In this document: piece after piece, positions 7,696 to 14,892 of the stretch | Position numbering within the stretch: position 1 is the first letter of the stretch | Layout of the letters: each line of letters opens with the position of its first letter | Assembly: GCA_016840855.1 (NCBI GenBank) | Contig: JAEORO010000079.1 | Span: 1-17,502, forward strand | Source: Candidatus Thorarchaeota archaeon | GTDB lineage: Archaea; Asgardarchaeota; Thorarchaeia; Thorarchaeales; Thorarchaeaceae | Length of the DNA: 17,502 nt | Direction of reading: 5' to 3' | Program-made: the position numbers and the translations under genes | The notes under the pieces: generated by a model | What the model was told of the DNA's origin: nothing | What the model saw: the letters and a program-made list of their open reading frames with translations, nothing else | The model's database searches: none

Positions 7696-7868
7696 GGAAA
7701 GCATCCCATGCCCCACGAAACATGATTATCATATCTAGTTTTGCTATCTGTATCGGGACATGTCACAATGTTTTTATTAGACTCCTTAGTTGTCGGCGCG
7801 TTTCTGTGGTTAAAACCATAGAGCGATACATGATTTTCTGGATTTTCCAGTATGAGTGTGATAATCAG

Positions 7869-8522
7869 ATGTCCTCAAAAAGTAGACAAACAGCGGCAAG
7901 GACCAAGGACAAGTGGCGAGATAAAATCTGGTATCAGATTCTTGCGCCAGACTATTTCGATAACAAAGAGATAGGTAAGACTCCTGCAGGTGCTCCAGAA
8001 CAGATGATTGGAAGGACTGTACAGCCCACACTCTACGATTTGACTGGGGACTTTGACAAGATTCATGTCAAACTACGTTTCAAGATATTAGAAGTTGCGG
8101 GACAACAGGCTAAGACAGTATTCTATGGGCATGAATGGAGTTCAGACTACCTGAGAGGATTAGTTCGAAGAGGCACATCTAGAATTGATTGGATTGGTCC
8201 AATCCTCACCAAGGACGACTATTTGATGCGTATCTCTGTAATTGTCTTTACAACCACACGAGCTAAGACAAGTCAAGAACATGCTGTTAGAAAAGCCGCC
8301 GAGAAGGTAATCCGAGCACATGCAAAGAAACATGTTTTTGATGATCTTGTCACCAAGGTGATTCTTGGAGATTTAGCTGCAGAGGTTCACGAAGAGGTCA
8401 AGAAGATAATTCCAATTCGGCAGTGCGAGATTCGAAAGAGCAAAGTACTCAAAGGACCAGAGGAGGTCAAAGTACGAAGAGCCAGACTTCGAAGAGGTAC
8501 AGCAGCCGAAAAAGAAGCATAA
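7869..8522 (+). CDS. rps3ae: 30S ribosomal protein S3Ae (eS1)
   Basis: KDKWRDKIWYQILAP, IGRTV..TLYDLTGD, YLRGLVRRGTSRID, IIPIRQCEIRKSKVL. The true start is the ATG at 7869; the ORF track overextends it. Confidence 0.96.
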   Translation: MSSKSRQTAARTKDKWRDKIWYQILAPDYFDNKEIGKTPAGAPEQMIGRTVQPTLYDLTGDFDKIHVKLRFKILEVAGQQAKTVFYGHEWSSDYLRGLVRRGTSRIDWIGPILTKDDYLMRISVIVFTTTRAKTSQEHAVRKAAEKVIRAHAKKHVFDDLVTKVILGDLAAEVHEEVKKIIPIRQCEIRKSKVLKGPEEVKVRRARLRRGTAAEKEA

Positions 8523-8539
8523 AGAACTTGAATTGTTTC

Positions 8540-8896
8540 TCAGTTACCCATTCTCTCAAGTCTGTGGAGAGCCTGTAAAAGTAAGACCATGAGATTAGCA
8601 AGTTTGGTGAGAGCTTCGGTGTCTGTTTCGTTGTCAACAATTTGATTGAGGGCTTTCAATTTATTGATCAAAGTTTCTCTAAGTTCAGGAATCAAACTTT
8701 TGACTGCTTGAGCTTCAACTTCTTCATCTGATTGTGCATACACTATTCGCCTATCGCACTTGGCACAATAGATGTCGTCGTTAACTTTGAAAAGAGGAGA
8801 GCCACATTGCGGACATGCATCTGCCAGCATTGTAGCGCCTTTTCGTAGAAGATCAGCCATTCTTTTCACAGAGGTGTCATTTTTTTCGCTCATCAT
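8540..8896 (-). CDS. UPF0148 / Sjogren syndrome-scleroderma autoantigen 1 (Auto_anti-p27) family zinc-finger protein
   Basis: MADLLRKGATMLADACPQCGSPLF...YCAKCD signature plus C-terminal helical hairpin; start at ATG 8896 or 8893. Confidence 0.88.
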   Translation of the reverse strand: MMSEKNDTSVKRMADLLRKGATMLADACPQCGSPLFKVNDDIYCAKCDRRIVYAQSDEEVEAQAVKSLIPELRETLINKLKALNQIVDNETDTEALTKLANLMVLLLQALHRLERMGN

Positions 8897-9082
8897 CCTC
8901 ACTTAAAGAAGGGTATCTAGAAGGATATAAGAAAAGCTGCGTTGTTTTTGAAACTATTTCTGGTTTTAGTAATAACTTGTAGACTCGTTAGGTCTGATGA
9001 AAACGTTGATATGGTTAACTCAGTGAGAGTCATTGTTGTTCGCACTCCGTTTGTGCGCAAAGACCATTCAGAGGTGAGTCCA

Positions 9083-9346
9083 TTGGACCCCGAAACACAG
9101 AAGAGCATCGACCAGTCTAAACACCTCCTAAAACAAATATCGGAGGATTCCTCTGTTCCTAGGAACATTAGGCGTGCAGCAAATGAAGCAATCGCCGTTC
9201 TAGAGAATGAAACAGACTCTCCAGCTGTGAGAGCACAGAATGCAATAGCAATCTTGGATGAGCCAAGCCAAGACCCAAACTGTCCAAACCATGCTCGGAC
9301 TAAGATTTGGCATGTTTCCAGCTTGCTGGAGCCAATTCGCGACTAG
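9083..9346 (+). CDS. UPF0147 family protein
   Basis: EDSSVPRNIRRAA...RAQNAIAILDE..QDPNCP.HARTKIW signature. TTG start at 9083 follows SD GAGGTGA. Confidence 0.9.
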   Translation: MDPETQKSIDQSKHLLKQISEDSSVPRNIRRAANEAIAVLENETDSPAVRAQNAIAILDEPSQDPNCPNHARTKIWHVSSLLEPIRD

Positions 9347-9437
9347 CTCTGTTTGGAACGTAGTAGTGAACCACTAAGACCAACCAGCACCTGTAAGGTA
9401 ATGGAATGGGACCCATTTCCCGGGCCAGTGTTTGCTC

Positions 9438-10907
9438 ATGATAAAGGCAAGGATAAGAGGAATATATTCGCAGTCGTTGACGCAGATTATGCTGCAAAAT
9501 CATTTTGATATAGTGCAGCCTACTCCAGAAGTGGCAAGAAGGTTTGGGCTCCCATATCGCAGTGAAATTCCAGATGTGGATATATGGGATAGAAGTGACC
9601 TCCAAGGTGTTGTAGCAATTGCATTTGAATCGGTTCTGACTCGTCTTACGGAAGTACTGCGGCGGAGATTAGGCGGTGTAATTACTAGAACACCAAGAGT
9701 TGCTAAGAGTTCTGTCTATAAGGGAATTGTTCTTGGAAAAGATGAAAGGACAGGGCAGACAAAGGTTGACTTAGGAACAATATCTGGATTATTACCCGAC
9801 AGGGGACTCCAAAAAGGACAACAAATTATGGTTCAGATACGAGCTCATGACTATGGACGAAAAGCTCCTGTTCTATCCTCAAGCATCACCATTCCGGGAC
9901 AAGCAGCTGTCCTCCTTCCAGAATCTGTTGTTCGTCTTAGTACAAAGATTAAGGACCAAGATGCTCGTAGGAATCTATTGACTCTTGGTCGTAAAATCAG
10001 AGAACATACAGAAAACTGGGGAATACTATGGAGAACTGCTGCGGGTAAACTAACAGAAGAAGAGCTACGTAATGAAGTCGATGATTTACTTGATACAGCT
10101 CAACAAGTATTCAATAAATATAATGAACTGGAATCAACAGGTATCTTATTTGAGGGCACAAGTAATGCGGATATCGAGTTTCCGTTAGAAGTAAAGGATA
10201 CGCTCGATAAGACACGTGCAAAAATCAAACCTACATTAAAACGACACCACTTCTACAAAAGCGCTGGTTATGCATCACTTGTCGATCTTGCAGAGATGAT
10301 TATTGAAGATCGTCCTGAAGAACGAGGGTATGTTGTTTCCAAGCTTGAAAAAGTGATTTCACGTGACTTACCTCGTGTTGATGATTCAATCAACATAGAA
10401 CATGTAAAACTAGATGGGAGGAATATTGTACTTGCTAGAGGAAGAATTGCGGAAACTAATTCAAAAGGTTTCATTATTAGAAGGCAGTTTAGACACACAA
10501 ATAGAAAACTAAAGATGAATCAAGACTCGTATGAGGGTGTTGATGTAGTGAGTAGTGAGGGTGACTATGCACTCACCCAAGTGGTTCCAGGAGCATTCTC
10601 GCTGCGGACTAACTACTACTCTCGTGATGGCGATATTAAAGGCACTTATGTCAACATCAACACTGGAGTTGAAGTCTATCCAAGTAATGGAAATAGTCCG
10701 GGAAGAATTCGATATGTTGACCTGGAGATTGATGTCGTTAAGGCACCAATCAATGAAGACCCTCGTATCATAGACCAGCATCTTCTAAAAAGAGCGGTCC
10801 AGCGGGGATTCATCACGCAAGAAATGGCGGATCAATCACGTTCAAAGGCTCAGACAATATGTGATGAACTCACTACATTACATGAAGCCAATTTGGAATC
10901 GATGTGA
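9438..10907 (+). CDS. fau-1: FAU-1 AU-rich RNA-binding protein / probable ribonuclease (RNase E/G-like region plus DUF402)
   Basis: N-terminal ARIRGIYS, S1-like segment, WGILWRTAA, HHFYK, C-terminal GTYVNINTGVE...RYVDLEIDVVK (DUF402). Confidence 0.9.
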   Translation: MIKARIRGIYSQSLTQIMLQNHFDIVQPTPEVARRFGLPYRSEIPDVDIWDRSDLQGVVAIAFESVLTRLTEVLRRRLGGVITRTPRVAKSSVYKGIVLGKDERTGQTKVDLGTISGLLPDRGLQKGQQIMVQIRAHDYGRKAPVLSSSITIPGQAAVLLPESVVRLSTKIKDQDARRNLLTLGRKIREHTENWGILWRTAAGKLTEEELRNEVDDLLDTAQQVFNKYNELESTGILFEGTSNADIEFPLEVKDTLDKTRAKIKPTLKRHHFYKSAGYASLVDLAEMIIEDRPEERGYVVSKLEKVISRDLPRVDDSINIEHVKLDGRNIVLARGRIAETNSKGFIIRRQFRHTNRKLKMNQDSYEGVDVVSSEGDYALTQVVPGAFSLRTNYYSRDGDIKGTYVNINTGVEVYPSNGNSPGRIRYVDLEIDVVKAPINEDPRIIDQHLLKRAVQRGFITQEMADQSRSKAQTICDELTTLHEANLESM

Positions 10908-10926
10908 AACTCAAAGATTTTGATAA

Positions 10927-11166
10927 TCAGTCAATGGATTCAGATGCTCTAAGTGAAAGATCGATAGCACTCATTATATCTTCAATGGTACCAGCTAAAC
11001 TGTCTAAACTGCGTGACGAATGTATTGTAATTTTCACTTGTCGATTATCAAGTGAGCACTCAATCTCAAGACCTTCTGGTAGTGGAGTATTATCTGGAGA
11101 GATGGCTGAAAGTGTCTGTCTTGCGTCTTCTTCAGATTGAAAGTCTAATTCAATGTTAACAGTCAG
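10927..11166 (-). CDS. pcc1: KEOPS complex subunit Pcc1 (79 aa, apparent CTG start)
   Basis: Hand translation (M)TVNIELDFQSEEDARQTLSAISPDNTPLPEGLEIECSLDNRQVKITIHSSRSLDSLAGTIEDIMSAIDLSLRASESID*. Pcc1-like pattern (F.S...A......I.PD) and conserved position after rps15-GAN. Not in the ORF track. Confidence 0.85.
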   Translation of the reverse strand: MTVNIELDFQSEEDARQTLSAISPDNTPLPEGLEIECSLDNRQVKITIHSSRSLDSLAGTIEDIMSAIDLSLRASESID

Positions 11167-12509
11167 GACTGAGCCTCCTTAAACTTTGGATTAATTGATT
11201 TGAGTACATCTTCTCTTGATTCTTCTGAGAGCCTTTTGAACATAAGTGATTTTGCTGAAGTTAGTATTGGGTTCAGATTCTTCTTTTGGACAGAATGGAG
11301 GACCTGATTCATGTCTGTTTTCTTAGAGGCCCATATGGCCAAGGCTGAATCATCGTTACTAATCAGTAATGGACATTCCTGATTCACCATACCACTCTGT
11401 AGAGCAATACGACCTACATCAGTCAAGAGATTACTTTGAACACCAACAATCTCGATTGAAGTGCCTGCTTCGGTTGATGTACCTTTCAACTTGGATTCCA
11501 GCCTTCCTATTGTTGAAATAACATCTTTTTGATGAATTACATGCGTATCGATTATACTCCGTAAAGCTCTCCCACGGTCGCCAATCCACACACTCATTGA
11601 TGCACCTTGTTCTTGTCGTGCCCAAGCGGTTTCTGCAATGGCTTCTAGTCCTGATAAGTATCTGAGTGGACTGGTTTCATTTTCACGTGTTAAAATGTAG
11701 TCGATTCCAAGAATATGAGGAATAATACTTGGTCCAATCTTATCTAGCAATTTAGATGTTAGGTGTTGAGTAAGATGCTGAGCTTCCACATTACTCAATG
11801 TAGTCATTGGAGAACGAAGTTTAGTTACTGGAATTTCTGCTTCGTTTAGTAACATGTCACAGGCCTTTTGGTCACCACTTAGGCCTTGAATGAATGGACG
11901 TGTACTATAGAGAAACAATTCATCAAGTGGTAAAGAACCAAAACCAAACAGTCTAATTCCTTTCCTTTCTTCTATCAAATTTTGTCCTTTAGCCTGTTCA
12001 ACTATCTCTTTGTTTGCTTTAGATGATGATTGGACAGACTCTGCAAGTAATAATGTTGCAGCAGCAGCCATCTGTAACTCATAGTAATCGGTTGAAAGAT
12101 GTTCATCTGCAAGTATGTAAGCTGCTGCAGGTACTGTATTATTGAATCCGATAGTTAATGAGCTCACCTGATCGGATTCTGAAGCTCCACCGACAAATAT
12201 TGGATAACTTTTGGCTTTTCTGAGTTTTTTCTTCCCTATAGTATCAATTCCAACGAAAATAACTAATGCCTTTTCATGGTTTGCTCGAATTTCATCGACC
12301 ATGCCCAAATTTAGGACAGGAGATTCAAATGATATATGAAATGCCTTGTCTGACTTCATAATGGCTCGGCACAATGTTGCAGTAGCAAGCGTTGAACTTG
12401 TATAAGGAGAAGATACTAGAAACACTTGCTTGTTGTCTTTGATTGTCATCTCAGCACACTGTTTTTTCAGTGATGTGAGAGACACCGAGCTACGTGGGTT
12501 CTTACTCAT
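11163..12509 (-). CDS. GAN/Cdc45-type RecJ (DHH family) homologue with degenerate catalytic motifs
   Basis: Central RLFG...PL...YSTRPFIQGLSG...C and SPLR...GDR segments resemble archaeal GAN/RecJ, and the gene sits between rps15 and pcc1. No DxDG, DHH or GGGH motif is recognisable. Confidence 0.8.
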   Translation of the reverse strand: MSKNPRSSVSLTSLKKQCAEMTIKDNKQVFLVSSPYTSSTLATATLCRAIMKSDKAFHISFESPVLNLGMVDEIRANHEKALVIFVGIDTIGKKKLRKAKSYPIFVGGASESDQVSSLTIGFNNTVPAAAYILADEHLSTDYYELQMAAAATLLLAESVQSSSKANKEIVEQAKGQNLIEERKGIRLFGFGSLPLDELFLYSTRPFIQGLSGDQKACDMLLNEAEIPVTKLRSPMTTLSNVEAQHLTQHLTSKLLDKIGPSIIPHILGIDYILTRENETSPLRYLSGLEAIAETAWARQEQGASMSVWIGDRGRALRSIIDTHVIHQKDVISTIGRLESKLKGTSTEAGTSIEIVGVQSNLLTDVGRIALQSGMVNQECPLLISNDDSALAIWASKKTDMNQVLHSVQKKNLNPILTSAKSLMFKRLSEESREDVLKSINPKFKEAQS

Positions 12510-12542
12510 CTCATGAGAACGAGTTTATCGTCGATGATAAAA

Positions 12543-13004
12543 CTATCTCAAAAGAACAGCAGCTTGGTCAGGACTGTATTTCCAATCAGCTGGTAAAACT
12601 CTCTTTTTGCGATAATATTTCGAGAGGCGGTGGATTTTGCTTTCAACCAGTTGAAGACCTCTTTTAGATACATAGTCTGTTTTGTTCTCTTCCATGTGTC
12701 TTCGCAAAGTAGCAGCCTTTGCAATCATGTTTCGAAGGTCTTCAGGTACACGCCTCTCAAGATCATTCTCACGAAGTATGTCCATTATTCGTTTTCCAGT
12801 AATCACCCGAACTAGAGGAATTCCATATTGATCCCGGAGAATTTGACCTATCATGGAAGGAGTATTTCCAGCTTTGGCAAGTTCAATCACCTGATTTTCT
12901 ACCCACTGAGCATCTTTTTCTTTCTCCATCCACTCAGGGACCCTCAATGTTGAAGGACGTTTACTACCTGATTCGCCTTTACGTCTTGTATGCATTCTTG
13001 CCAT
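12543..13004 (-). CDS. rps15: 30S ribosomal protein S15 (uS15, S13e-like)
   Basis: MARMHTRRKGESGSKRP, PSMIGQILRDQYGIP, PEDLRNMI, SKRGLQLVESKIHRL. ATG at 13004 behind SD GAGGT. Confidence 0.97.
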   Translation of the reverse strand: MARMHTRRKGESGSKRPSTLRVPEWMEKEKDAQWVENQVIELAKAGNTPSMIGQILRDQYGIPLVRVITGKRIMDILRENDLERRVPEDLRNMIAKAATLRRHMEENKTDYVSKRGLQLVESKIHRLSKYYRKKRVLPADWKYSPDQAAVLLR

Positions 13005-13070
13005 TGGAACTACCTCTAAGTCCAATATACCCTCAAAAAACGGGTCTGGAACATGGCCTAAGGCTGTGGA

Positions 13071-13085
13071 TATAAAGATTACCTT
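13071..13085 (-). promoter_or_regulatory. Putative BRE/TATA promoter of the rps15-GAN-pcc1 operon
   Basis: Minus strand AAGGTAATC-TTTATA, about 70 nt upstream of the rps15 ATG. Confidence 0.45.
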
Positions 13086-13124
13086 GTGGTTGGCGATTTT
13101 ATTTAATGATAGTCTAAAGACCTC

Positions 13125-13751
13125 TCAATGATATCTGCCACGTTCACGGATTTCACTCATTCTTGTTATGATTGGTTCTGCAGCATCTTTTAGTATGTCA
13201 ACATAGCCCTCAAGGGTAGCATTTAGCATGTCTTCTTGAATATCCCAGTGAGTGGTTTCTAGCGCTCGATGGATTAGATGCAGGTCAACACCCTTCATCT
13301 CAATCGTAGCATTCATCTCCGAAAGACCAAAATCCACAACCCATAGGCGTGATTTTTCATCTACGATAACATTACTTGTAGTCGGATCTCCATGAACCAC
13401 ATTGCCTTCGTGAAGTAAAGCAATTAGCTTACCAAATCCATGACAATTAGAGATTAAATCAGTTCGAGAGAGTTGCGCTGCTAGTTTTTTGAATTGGACA
13501 CCTGTTATGAAGTCCATTAGAATTGTGTAGTTCTCAAGGTCGACAGAATAAACGGCTGGTGTAGGCACTCCAAGTGCCCGTGATATTGTTAACATCTTAC
13601 ATTCTCGACTGGTTCGTAATTTTCTGAGCTGTGAGTCGATTTCTTTCAAGAGGTAGGGTTTGTCTTGGCGCCATTTTAGAACAAATGGAAGTCCCCATCG
13701 CTCAATCTTGTAAATAACTGACTCTGCACCTCTCGCTATCATCTGCTTCAA
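13125..13751 (-). CDS. bud32: KEOPS complex kinase/ATPase Bud32
   Basis: RGAESVIY, VLKWRQDKPY, HGDPTTSN, DFGL, EMKGVDLHL and C-terminal IRERGRY. Likely TTG start at 13751 overlapping the kae1 stop (SD GGAGG at 13760-13764); alternative GTG at 13766. Confidence 0.95.
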   Translation of the reverse strand: MKQMIARGAESVIYKIERWGLPFVLKWRQDKPYLLKEIDSQLRKLRTSRECKMLTISRALGVPTPAVYSVDLENYTILMDFITGVQFKKLAAQLSRTDLISNCHGFGKLIALLHEGNVVHGDPTTSNVIVDEKSRLWVVDFGLSEMNATIEMKGVDLHLIHRALETTHWDIQEDMLNATLEGYVDILKDAAEPIITRMSEIRERGRYH

Positions 13752-14743
13752 TTCTGCTGCCTCCACAAAATATCTTGGTCATCAGTTCGCCATTTTGGTA
13801 ACACGTGAGAGTTCTCAACTTTGATTTGATGACCCGCATTATACTGAAGAATTCCATTCCAAGCAATCATTGCACCTTGATCACCAGCCAAGGATGGAGA
13901 TACTCGATGGAACATAGCTTCATGCCTTCTAGCAACCCCTGATAATATCTCAGTAAGTCGAGTATTACGAGCAACTCCACCAGTCAGTAGTAACTCTTTC
14001 TTCTTGGTGTGTGCAATTGCTCGTTCGGCTACTTCTGCAAGCATTCCAAAGGAAGTTTCTTGTACACTATAACAGATATCTGGTATGGAAACACCCTCTG
14101 AATAGAGCTTTTTTGCAGCAGTAAGCATACCTGAGTAGCTCAGGTCCATTCCTTTTACTGAGTATGGAAGATTGTGATATTCCTTGCCATTCCTAGCCTG
14201 CTTTTCTATGATAGGACCACCAGGGAAGTCCATTCCTAACTCTCGACCAAGGACGTCCAACATGTTTCCAATTGCAATATCTAGAGTTTCACCAAAAGTT
14301 CTGAATCGGCCACCTGCAAAAGCGATAACTTGCGTGTTCCCGCCAGAAACATAGACTGTTACTGGATCATCGAAATTAGATTCTAGACATCCAATCTCAA
14401 TATGAGCAACACAATGGTTGACATCAACAAGTGGGATCTTTAGTTTGAGTGAAAGAGTTCTGGCAATGGTAGCAGTAGTTCTAAGACATGGACCTAATCC
14501 GGGACCTCGAGAGAAGGCAATAAGATTGATTTCTTGAAAATCAATCCCAGCTTTCTGAACAGCATCTTTGATTATTTTTGGACCCAGTTCTGAGTGATGA
14601 CGACTAGCTTCGCGTGGATGGATTCCTCCTTGAGCTGGTTTGAGCATGTCCCACTCATTTGATAAAACCTCGCCTTCACTCGTCACGATACCAGCACCAA
14701 ATGAATGAGCAGTTCCTTCGATTCCAAGACAGTAGAGTGTCAT
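13748..14743 (-). CDS. kae1: tRNA t6A37 threonylcarbamoyltransferase Kae1
   Basis: LGIEGTAH, GGIHPREA, GPGLGPCL, VNHCVAHIE, VSGGNT, GETLDIAIGN, WRTD. True start is the ATG at 14743; the track ORF overextends across lsm. Confidence 0.97.
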   Translation of the reverse strand: MTLYCLGIEGTAHSFGAGIVTSEGEVLSNEWDMLKPAQGGIHPREASRHHSELGPKIIKDAVQKAGIDFQEINLIAFSRGPGLGPCLRTTATIARTLSLKLKIPLVDVNHCVAHIEIGCLESNFDDPVTVYVSGGNTQVIAFAGGRFRTFGETLDIAIGNMLDVLGRELGMDFPGGPIIEKQARNGKEYHNLPYSVKGMDLSYSGMLTAAKKLYSEGVSIPDICYSVQETSFGMLAEVAERAIAHTKKKELLLTGGVARNTRLTEILSGVARRHEAMFHRVSPSLAGDQGAMIAWNGILQYNAGHQIKVENSHVLPKWRTDDQDILWRQQN

Positions 14744-14854
14744 TTTATGGTAACCTGAGTGAATATATTCTAGTGAATCGTGTACATCAATACAAATTGA
14801 CTCTTGTGCTTGGACTATATTGTCATATATCGCATCTAACAAAGGCTTTATAAT

Positions 14855-14892
14855 GCACTCAGAGGGCCTCTCTTGAGAGGTGTCCTGAGTGC
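14855..14892. repeat. 38-bp imperfect palindrome covering the lsm SD and start codon
   Basis: GCACTCAG-AGGG-CCTCTC-TT-GAGAGG-TGTC-CTGAGTGC: 8-bp and 6-bp perfect arms share one symmetry centre. Confidence 0.8.

Noticed and set aside
7674-7868. 65-aa N-terminal extension of eS1 in the ORF track
   Set aside because: eS1 homology begins at the ATG at 7869, which has an SD-like sequence. The extension overlaps the zinc-ribbon gene and promoter DNA.
8942-9082. N-terminal extension of UPF0147 resembling a signal peptide
   Set aside because: SD GAGGTGA points to the TTG at 9083, and the family is about 90 aa and soluble.
10904-11140. 78-aa plus-strand ORF after fau-1
   Set aside because: Antisense shadow of pcc1, which has family features and the expected synteny.
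12509-12545. Palindrome TCTCATGAGA and AT-rich inverted repeat TTTATC...GATAAA between rps15 and GAN
   Set aside because: Short and AT-rich, overlapping start/stop signals. They could be a processing or attenuation hairpin but cannot be told from chance here.
13862-13890. Kae1 DQGAMIA instead of the usual DNGAMIA
   Set aside because: Conservative change. The metal-binding Asp and the HxxxH motif are intact.
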